Positions 54,601 through 64,000 of a stretch of 64,000 nucleotides of DNA are shown one piece after another (position 1 is the first letter of the stretch; each line of letters opens with the position of its first letter). Position numbers and translations under genes: made by a program. Source of the stretch: Eledone cirrhosa (Eukaryota); contig OZ024740.1 of assembly GCA_964016885.1 (NCBI GenBank), positions 179,986,001 to 180,050,000 of the forward strand. The letters run 5' to 3'. The notes beneath the pieces are model-generated. The model saw only the letters and a program-made list of their open reading frames with translations, was not told the origin of the DNA and did not search any database.

Positions 54601-56330
54601 CCGTGTTAGGGTCTCTGGATAGGCAATATTTGAGCATCTGTCCTACGCCTCCAATGAGAGGTCGCAAGGCCCTCCCCATGTTTTACAGCATAAAATGTAG
54701 ATTGCAATATATTTTTCGGACAGGCCTCTCTACCTATGTTCTGAAAGCGTAGCTTCTTAACCCATGGGAATGGCGATACAGAATGGGTTTTTTACTTCTT
54801 ACTTAGCACCTTGCTCACATCTGTCACCAGTCTGGTACGTTTATAGAGGCGGCCTTTTCCTGCCTCATCTTAGCTACATCGCTGGGTTATGTGGGTTTTC
54901 TTCAAAGCTGAAGTTGTTACTCATTGCTCTATATCCTCTAGAAGTTTTCCGCTTTTGTTCCAAGGCAGCTTATTTGTTCGATATGTGTCCGCTTATATCG
55001 CAACTAATTCTGATATCAGGCGGTCCTATCGCTATCTATCACCTGCGATCCGTTCTCTAGCAGATCAGCTGTACTGAAAAGAAATCTAATGTAATAAAAT
55101 AAAGAACCGTATTTATTTATAAATATAATGCAACAAAAATATTTTGCATAAATGTATACAGGACTCTGACATGGGTCTAACACCAAACATAACCAGCTGA
55201 AGGGATAATGAACGCTGAGAAGGATGAAGGAATTATCTGGAATGAGAAAACAAACCGTAAATATATTTTTAACTTTAATAAATCACCTTCCGCATTATTT
55301 GCTTTAGAAAACATAATTTTGCTTTCGTCTTGTTTCATCACTTCATTCATATATATTGAATATTTTCTCTCTTATTGAACACAATTTAATAGAAATATAT
55401 GGTGAAATAAACAATCAGGCTTGCAAATAATTGTTCAATATACTTAAGAAATACGATCAAAGAGATTATTTGTTCTTTTCATTTAATTAAATAAATAACA
55501 TACCGATGAAATATATCTAGTAAAAAATTAAAACAGATTCGTAAATAAAGGTTTTAATGAAATTAAACGTTGAGGAAGGATATGTGTCTCTTTCCGTTTA
55601 TTTTAATATATTCTAAATCATTTTCACCGAATATTAATTATACTCAAAGCGTGCAACTATTTTCTCCATAATATAAATTAACAAATTGGAAAGGATTTCG
55701 ACAAATTGTATGCATGTTGTATGCATGTAACTTTGAACAGAAAAGAGACAATTGTACAAGAAGATGAGTGCCGAAACATATAATCAATAATCTGAGATTC
55801 TACCTCTAAGTTTTTAATTCAAAAATTAATTTCTGTAAGAACAAATGACATAGTACATAGGAGTTTTTTTTTATTGTTGATGCTGATGGTTACCTACACA
55901 TAGATAATTATGTCTACACAAAATGTAATCGCAACATGACCATTCCAACATATTTTCGAAGACAGTAAACTAGACTATATGATATGCCATTTTACAAGGT
56001 GACTAAATGTTGTTTGAGAGAGAATTGGTTACTATTGTCAGTAGCTATTTTTTTTCTCGCTACTTTGTTTTTGGTATGAAATTACGAAGTAAGGCTGTTC
56101 TACACTTAGCATTACTTCCGTAGTTTTCAATTAAGTATGGTGTATTCACAATTTTAATATAATGTCACACTATGGATTATACCATATTCGAATGATGGGG
56201 ACATATTTCAAAAAAGAAATATACAGGAACTTATAGAGAAACCGAGGCTAGACACAAAGAAACAGTTTTGCGCATGCACAGACACATAAATACATACACA
56301 CAAACGCACACACAACAATCTAACACATAC

Positions 56331-56363
<33 letters not shown>

Positions 56364-56387
56364 TATATATATGTATATATATATAAA

Positions 56388-56740
56388 TAATTACGTAGTA
56401 ACAAGTGCTACCGCCGTATTTCACAAATTAAAATTAGTCTGTCATTTGGGATTTTTGAAAAAGAAACACTGAATGGAAAAAAGGATACGTATTGACGTAC
56501 AAGGAGGGACAGGAACCCGCATCTTCTAATCATAAGACATTGGTTCGGCCAACCTAAGATGTTGGTCCGTGTCTCATGTATGTCAATACTCTTCCTTTTT
56601 ACCATTCAGACGGCTTTTCAAAATCCCAACTAACAGACAAATTTTATTTAGTCAAATACGGCGTAAGCACATGTTGCTACCTAACTATTAAATTCCCATA
56701 TGTCTGTAAACAAAGAATGCCTAGTGTCTCCCTATTTACA
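56388..56740. mobile_element. Diverged head-to-head inverted mini-element
   Basis: Arms about 56388-56500 and 56578-56690 are imperfect reverse complements; right-side extension to about 56740; TA/CA microsatellite flanks. Confidence 0.6.
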
Positions 56741-56807
56741 CACACACACATACACACACACGCATACATACACACACACGCACAAACACACACACACGCA
56801 TATATAT

Positions 56808-56999
56808 ATAATAAAGAGTCGGGACCCAGTGACATATTTATTTCCCGTTCCAACAGCTAGTGTCTAAATCTATCTTTTGAAAGTGCAAGATCTCAGCCGC
56901 CTGGTCCCGACTCTTTATGATATACACATAATCTGCTACCCCAAGTTGCGTGAATACTGTTGTGTTATCGTCTAACTAGGTTTAAACTGGTTCTATCCT

Positions 57000-57000
<1 letters not shown>
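56808..57000. mobile_element. Small inverted-arm element between TA tracts
   Basis: ataaagagtcgggacc (about 56811-56826) and ggtcccgactctttat (about 56903-56918); extension to (TA)n at 57000. Confidence 0.5.
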
Positions 57001-57042
<42 letters not shown>

Positions 57043-57695
57043 TCAGGTTATCAATAATGTAGTGATAATATATCGTTACGTTAGAGATGAACAGCGTACG
57101 TGCAGGTTTGCTCAACGAGTATAAATTATATTCCGGAGAGATGTAGAAAGGGTGAATATAAAATGAAAGTGCTTTTGTTAAAAAAGGAATTTATTAGGTA
57201 TTGACATATGTTTCTGTAACAGACCGAATACCTATGTATCGCTGCTTGCGTAATCATATAATGTTAGCAAGTATTCGATAGCAAATGTATAATCAGTTGT
57301 CACTTCTTCAGAGATTTTGGATAAACTGGATAAAATCAGAAAAATTGAAGTATTTATATTAGTAAAAGAGGAAGGAACAGAGGGGATAGAATATGACAGA
57401 TGGTAAAATAATTTACTGCTAAACAAGTATATAATGGGTTTTTAATGAGAATACCATGAGTAAATCTAAATAAGAATTTTGGGAGTGCCGATTTTAATCT
57501 CTACTTGACCAACTGGACAGTGGACAGGGCTGGTCATTTGGTGCAGTAGTATTAATCATAAAGTGTCAATTGGGGAAGGGGGAGATTTCGATTGCTACTA
57601 AATAACATCAATGCTAGTAGTCAGCTGGTATTTGCACTAGGGAATTGAATCAAAAAATCAGAAATCTCATTTTATCTATAAAGGCGTGATTTAAA

Positions 57696-58409
57696 TTCTT
57701 TAAATTCTTTCGATTAGTTAGAAAACACTTTCCAACATCACATAAATATAATAAAATCTTAAACCCTAACACCATCCGACTTTCATATTCAACCGCCCCT
57801 AATATTGAACAACATATAAAAATGCTTAACGCAAAACGGTTGTATAAACGCCTTCCAACACATAACAATACACGTAAAACATTAGCTATAACATCACAAA
57901 ACAACAAACAACATCCTGTCCTACATAAGCAACCTCATCAACCCATCCATGGCAATACAACAACGCAAAATTGTAATTGCAACTGTGTCCAACCAGGAAT
58001 GTGTCCGTTGAACAATCAGTGTCTTGAACGCAACATCGTATACAAATGTACTATCGAATCGGATAGACAGAAGTGGTACTATGTGGGATCTACAGCCACC
58101 TCCTTTAAATCACGCCTTTATAGACATCGTTATTCGATAAAACATGAAAACCAGCGTTATGTAACAACACTCGCAGACAAGGCTTGGCAGCTGCGTGAAA
58201 ATAACCAACAATTTCACCTAAAATGGGATATAATAGCGACTGCCCCCCCATATTCCAATGGACAGGAATTTTGTAGATTATGTAATGTAGAATTATTTTG
58301 TATTATGAAATCCAAAAACATTTTATTAAATAACAGAATAGAGCGATCGTTATACTGTAACCATCGCTTAAAATCTACATTTTCATATTATAAATACTAC
58401 CAGGATTGA
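57696..58409 (+). CDS. C-terminal GIY-YIG endonuclease region of a Naiad-like PLE (open but 5'-truncated)
   Basis: KHFPTSH...TIRLSYS, CNC...CPLNNQCLERNIVYKC, YYVGSTATSFKSRLYRH, CRLCNVE, LLNNR, CNH. Confidence 0.88.
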   Translation, partial: FFKFFRLVRKHFPTSHKYNKILNPNTIRLSYSTAPNIEQHIKMLNAKRLYKRLPTHNNTRKTLAITSQNNKQHPVLHKQPHQPIHGNTTTQNCNCNCVQPGMCPLNNQCLERNIVYKCTIESDRQKWYYVGSTATSFKSRLYRHRYSIKHENQRYVTTLADKAWQLRENNQQFHLKWDIIATAPPYSNGQEFCRLCNVELFCIMKSKNILLNNRIERSLYCNHRLKSTFSYYKYYQD

Positions 58410-58877
58410 ACGCCTGTCTCTATCCCCGTTTGATTGTCAAAATAGATATGAACATTCTTTATTAGTCTTAATTCTATCAACTCTTCTATTATTTACCTTT
58501 TAATACAAACTGCTATAGATAAAATGAGATTTCTGATTTTTTGATTCAATTCCCTAGTGCAAATACCAGCTGACTACTAGCATTGATGTTATTTAGTAGC
58601 AATCGAAATCTCCCCCTTCCCCAATTGACACTTTATGATTAATACTACTGCACCAAATGACCAGCCCTGTCCACTGTCCAGTTGGTCAAGTAGAGATTAA
58701 AATCGGCACTCCCAAAATTCTTATTTAGATTTACTCATGGTATTCTCATTAAAAACCCATTATATACTTGTTTAGCAGTAAATTATTTTACCATCTGTCA
58801 TATTCTATCCCCTCTGTTCCTTCCTCTTTTACTAATATAAATACTTCAATTTTTCTGATTTTATCCAGTTTATCCAA

Positions 58878-58997
58878 AATCTCTGAAGAAGTGACAACTG
58901 ATTATACATTTGCTATCGAATACTTGCTAACATTATATGATTACGCAAGCAGCGATACATAGGTATTCGGTCTGTTACAGAAACATATGTCAATACC
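58878..58997 (+). ncRNA. HHR-like motif with extended stem II (inverted copy about 57197-57316); stem I not evident
   Basis: CTGAAGA-a-gtgaca...tgttac-a-GAAA-catatg-TC; palindromic stem III, but the flanks do not pair. Confidence 0.5.
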
Positions 58998-59073
58998 TAA
59001 TAAATTCCTTTTTTAACAAAAGCACTTTCATTTTATATTCACCCTTTCTATATATATATATATATATATATAT

Positions 59074-59227
59074 AGAAGTGGTTACACAACAGTTAGTTCA
59101 CCATACCGAGAACAATTGTTTCACCTCCGTATGGTGAACTAACTGTTGTGTAACCACTTCTCTCTAATTCGCCCCATGGACTGAGTGCTCTACCACTACG
59201 GATATTACCTTACAATTTTCTACCACT
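59074..59227. mobile_element. Mini-element with a perfect 33-bp inverted repeat, related to 5655-5790
   Basis: 59074-59106 and 59129-59161 are exact reverse complements; loop ccgagaacaattgtttcacct and gtgctctac.actacg.atat also occur at about 5688-5755. Confidence 0.65.
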
Positions 59228-59854
59228 ATATATATATATATATAGTAATAATAATAAAATTGAAGACTAAAATCCAAAGAGGGCTCGATATTTATTTACT
59301 TATATACGTTTATATAATTATTTATTTATTTGTACACAAGTATACACACACATATTTATATGTGCATGGTAAGGTTTTGCGTATGCTTGTGTATGTACGT
59401 ATCTGTTTGCGTGTATGTATTTATTTGTTCCTATTACTTCTGTATTGTATTTATTTACTTTGTTCTTAACTCTGTAGCGGAGATTCATTTGGTCTCCTAT
59501 TTAGAATTTTAGTCTACGATTTCTGCTATACCATTTACATGGTTTTGTCTTTGCGTGCTATTGTTCTCCACGCTCCACATATGACTTATTATCTTCGTTT
59601 TTTCGTTCATTGTCAGAGAACGTCTCTATGCACCACCTAAGAGAACATTAGTTTACGACCTCTTTAATACCATAAACGTGGTTTTGTCTTTGCGCGTAAT
59701 TGTTTTTCACCGCTCCTATTAATGACGTATTATTCGTTTTTTCCCGTTCTTTGCCAGCGAACGTTACCACGAACCAAAGTATCGTCTTCCTGTCTTCCTC
59801 CGGTTGCAACGTTTTTTGAAATATCTAGTTCTGCGTTTACAGATTGACTTTGTT

Positions 59855-59905
59855 AGTTTCAGAAGATCCCGTTAAGGGTGAAAGCAGCGATTTTTTGCTT
59901 AAACT
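59855..59905 (+). ncRNA. HHR with U4A change at the end of a 3'-UTR-like fragment (about 59245-59930)
   Basis: agttt-CAGAAGA-t ccc gttaa ggg t-GAAA-gca...tgc-TT-aaact. Confidence 0.6.
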
Positions 59906-59925
59906 TTAATCTGTTATTTTAATAA

Positions 59926-59996
<71 letters not shown>

Positions 59997-59999
<3 letters not shown>

Positions 60000-60039
60000 T
60001 ATATTTCAATGGTTTGCTACTCTTTCTTCAATTTTTTCG

Positions 60040-60043
<4 letters not shown>
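59997..60043 (+). mobile_element. 47-bp fragment of the 62030-63410 family inside (TA)n
   Basis: Matches about 63180-63228 and ends at the same cgattata site. Confidence 0.75.
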
Positions 60044-60078
<35 letters not shown>

Positions 60079-60285
60079 CAATATTTTGAAAAGGTAAAAC
60101 ACTAGAGAGAGATATACAGTGCGCTATCAATAGAACAGGGAAAAACCACCAGTGTATGGAATTTATAACCCATGAAAGGCAGACTATAGACACGATAATT
60201 AAAAATATAAATCAAAGCGTAAATAAATACGTCTATAACTATATAACACACGTACAAATCCAAAGAGATCTGTTTCGCCAGAAAG

Positions 60286-60395
<110 letters not shown>

Positions 60396-60401
60396 ATATA
60401 C

Positions 60402-61930
60402 GATATTAACAAATGGAAACTATATTTATATAACCATATCTATTTTATCATACATATTTCAAGGATACCATGTCAAATTATGGTATGCTTTCATCAGACA
60501 AAATACAATATATACCATTTTTATAAATAAATATAGTCATACCCTTTCAAAATGCAACCGTTTCTTTTGGAAGACATCAGGGATAGTGGATTTGTTTACT
60601 TATATTAGTAAGTCGTTGTGTTACGGAGAAGAAAAAAGACGGAGAGAGAGAAAAAAACGGAGAGAGAGAAAAGTGGAGAGAGAAAGGGAGAAATAAAGAA
60701 AGAAAAAGAAAAAAGAGAAAAACGAGATCGACATATCAAACCACCAGACAGAGAGAAAACAATCGAGGGAGAGAAACATAGAGATAGAGAGAGGGGGAGA
60801 GAACGAAAACCTTAAGTCATGTCATATTAAGTTAAGTTAACAATTGAGATGAAATGAATAAATAAAATTTGAAATATTAATATTCATGAATGGAATATAC
60901 ATATATAATATAAAAAATTAATCATTGTTTAACTATGATTAGATATCTAGTTTAAAAATTGAGATCAATATATTAAAAATTGGAATTTAAACATTAAGAA
61001 ATCTATATATTGCTAGAGAAATTACATATCATATAACAGGTACACACACGCAAAAATACACATAAATATATATATATACACACACTCAGAAAATACACAT
61101 CATATCTACCCCCGTATACAATATATACATACACAGCATAAATGATTTTTTTTTATTAATGTTATACATCCTTTGTGTTATTAAATAAACATTTTTAATA
61201 TATATATATACATATATAAGATTAGCTGTCATGCATTTATGGCTGTTAATTATGTCTATCTGCAATCAAATTGTATGAGTACACTTGTACATGTACACAC
61301 ACAATTCTTACATATACATATATAAACATGTGTGTGCATCCTCAGCCAATTGGTAGACACGCGTCACGCATGCATATATACAGACAGACATATATTCATA
61401 AAAATGCATATAACACATGTATATGTATGTTAATATACACATATATATACATACACGTATAGAGATAAGATAACATCAATATAGTATATAGTATAATTGA
61501 GTACATAAAATACAAAAGGATTATATTTTGGAAATATAATTATATCAATATAACATAAAAACAAAAGAATTCTAAAATATTAAAATATTAAAATATTCTA
61601 AAATAATATAGAATATTTTAAGTTAAAATAATATGTTTAATATATTTAGTATAGAAATTTATCTTACGTATATTTTACTCAAGATATTGAAAGGATAACG
61701 TTTCGAAAATTATGAGAAGCTATCAGAATAAAAGCAAACCTAATAAAAAATAAATAAAACATAAACAATATAAAAAATATAAAAAAATATAAAAAATAAG
61801 AAATAGGAAATGTTTTCTCCTTTCAAGAGCTCTCAATATATTTCTCTAGAATAGTTTATTTTATTTATATGTAAATTTAGGAAGAACAATTTATTTATAC
61901 TTGAGTACTTAACTCCAAATACTTGTCGAG
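60402..61930 (-). mobile_element. Long PLE-type 3' UTR of the 9344-9938 family; distal boundary uncertain
   Basis: 60402-60590 resembles 9562-9740, followed by a long purine-rich (plus strand) low-complexity region. Confidence 0.6.
60441..60505 (-). ncRNA. Type-I HHR with cleavage-site base changed to G
   Basis: Minus strand: tattttgt-CTGATGA-aagcataccat/atggtatcctt-GAAA-tatgta-TG-ataaaata. Confidence 0.75.
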
Positions 61931-61991
61931 TGCTTTATATCAGTTATAAAAATATTTGCTTGTTGTATCCCAACAATTTAAATAGAACTTT

Positions 61992-62029
<38 letters not shown>

Positions 62030-62033
<4 letters not shown>

Positions 62034-63407
62034 CGAAGAAATTGAAGAAAGAGTAGCAGACCGTTGAAATATAATTTATATGGAGCTTTTATACATGTTA
62101 CGCCCAAGTTGGGTACGAATACGATGTTCACATCGAAATTCTTATCGAGTTTTACAGAGTTAGCTGCTTAGGTTTGTGTACAAATAGGAGTAATTCCGGT
62201 GTTAATTTTGGAGTTCTCTGCTAAAATTCAATTCCACTATTATAGAATATTAATTTACTCGCCTGGGTCTATATACTATATGCTAATTTGATAATTCTTA
62301 GTCACCCGCTTTGCAGAGGCTGAATTAAGGTATGAATGTGAGGTAATATAATGGTCGATGAGATTTATGTACAGTCTAATTTAGTATGATGTAGTAAATT
62401 CGACAAAGTTATAAACGCCGGAAAGTGTAGAGGTGTAGACGTCAGGTCTTGCATAGTCAGATGATTATATACCCAAGGTGTTTAAATGGCACAATCATAG
62501 ATCCTGCAGAGATACTCAAGATTTATTCCGTTGTTGTGGAGGCGTATGGCGAGGCAATTAAGTCCGGACACATGCAGTACTAAACACTTGAGAGATGACC
62601 GTGGCTGGATAATATTATAGTTCCCAGGTGTTTAATTTTTTAGTCCACCGTTTTAAGACCAGCCAGGGTGCGGTATAAAATGCCCAATTGCGAGGTTGAC
62701 AATTTCCCAATAAGTGGGAAATTGTCAACCTCGCAACACACTACAACTTCAAGAAGAACTGCTAGCTCTGTCTCATGGAGCTTTACTATATTGTACAAGC
62801 GCCCCCTGATCTCATCAACAGCCGAGCCCAAACCGCCATCAATTGCGGCCATAGGCTACAGCACTCTTCTACAGATAGACCCCGGATAATATCCAAGCAC
62901 CATAGTACCAGGGCATGTTACACCGCACATATAGACCCAGGCGAGTAAATGAATATTTTATAATAGTGGAAATCAACTTTAACGGAGAACTTCAAAATTA
63001 ACACCGGAATTACTCCCCGTTGTACACAAACATAAGCAGCGAACTCTGTAACAGTCAATATGAATTTGGATGTGAACATGGTATTCGTACCCATACAGAG
63101 TTCCTAATTAAACCATTTACCGCCCTCCGAACCTCCGACGAGCCCAACTTGGGCGTAACATGTGTAAGAGCACCATATAAATTATATTTTAACGGTCTGC
63201 TTCTCTTTCTTCAATTTCTTCGATTATAATTGCTCTGCTTATCTTCGCACACTAAATATGAACGCTTCTAATGTTTAAACTTGTCTGAATAAGCATTAAG
63301 CAATAAAGCACTTGCTTCTGGCAATTAATTATCTGTATCGTCTCCTCCTATAACTTTTCTTCTCTTCTATTCTATATATTCTCTCTCACGATACCATAAT
63401 ATTTTAT

Positions 63408-63410
<3 letters not shown>
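62030..63410 (+). mobile_element. Head-to-head inverted element in (TA)n with HHR remnant
   Basis: Arms about 62030-62274 and 62929-63228 (left arm has an internal deletion); tail 63229-63410; HHR-like CCGACGA-gccca act tgggc-GTAA-catgtg-TA at 63133-63168. Confidence 0.8.
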
Positions 63411-63487
<77 letters not shown>

Positions 63488-63712
63488 AATGATTCTGCAC
63501 CCTACTATCGACGCCACCCCTTCTATGGCTCAACTAACCACTCGACTCCCGGGAATGAATATGACCAGAGCTAGTAAACAAGGACCCACACCCCATCCTC
63601 CCGCAACAAAATTAGACTTATCGTCCCCTGCTTTTGCTCTTTACTCTCTTTACTCTTTGTTCTTGAATGTTTGGTTGGTAGAGTCCATAACACCAATCAA
63701 ACCCCTTTTATA

Positions 63713-63757
63713 GCTCTGACGAATCCTACGGTTACGTAAGGAAGAAACATTGTAAGC
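63713..63757 (+). ncRNA. Minimal type-I hammerhead ribozyme in a ~320-bp fragment (63488-63805) between TA tracts
   Basis: gct-CTGACGA-a tcct acg gtta cgt a agga a-GAAA-cattg-TA-agc. Confidence 0.8.
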
Positions 63758-64000
63758 CAATAAAAATCTTTTGATGTTGTAGACGCTCTTGTGTTCTTTA
63801 TCATATATGTATATATATAAATTTATATATATATATATATATATATATACGTGTATATGTGTGTGTTAGGGTTTTTGTGTGTTAGTGTACGTGTGTGTAT
63901 GTCTGAGAATGCGTGTATGTGTGTTTTGTGTTGTGGATTTCAACTTCAAACGCAAGAAACCGAAATTAAATAAATGTTATCTACACCATAAGATGGTTGC

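Larger units (their letters stand above)
57038..59050 (+). mobile_element. Young 5'-truncated Naiad-like PLE with a 537-bp inverted 3' arm
   Basis: Arms 57144-57680 and 58514-59050 look identical (the ORF track gives the same 64-aa peptide from both); tail 57038-57143 only on the inverted arm; (TA)n on both sides. Confidence 0.93.

Noticed and set aside
57232-58962. Identical 64-aa ORFs on opposite strands as a duplicated gene
   Set aside because: By-product of the inverted 3'-UTR arms
57144-59050. DNA transposon with long TIRs carrying an endonuclease
   Set aside because: The arms are the PLE 3' UTR, end asymmetrically, and enclose a 5'-truncated PLE ORF; no transposase

Overview
AT-rich eukaryotic intergenic or intronic DNA with no host exon I can support. 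The MetaSINE-type SINEs and the density of (TA)n tracts suggest a cephalopod/octopus-like mollusc (inference). Content is almost entirely mobile: a near full-length but decayed Tx1/L1-clade LINE (10961-16418), CRE and RTE LINE remnants, five tRNA-derived SINEs, hAT/MITE and Helitron-like pieces, and many Penelope-like element (PLE) pieces from several clades (Naiad-, Neptune-, Nematis- and Poseidon-like). The main pattern is about 15 insertions inside (TA)n tracts built as head-to-head inverted pairs of element 3' ends. Usually one arm carries the full terminal tail and the other stops earlier at an internal TA-rich site. Many carry minimal type-I hammerhead ribozymes (HHR), including a U3-A8 compensatory core variant in two unrelated PLE families, and several palindromes have their symmetry axis inside HHR stem II. 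Together this suggests a (TA)n-targeted, two-ended reverse-transcription mechanism producing ribozyme-bearing palindromic mini-elements. Coordinates were read by eye and may be off by a few nt; clade names come from motif recognition, not database searches.
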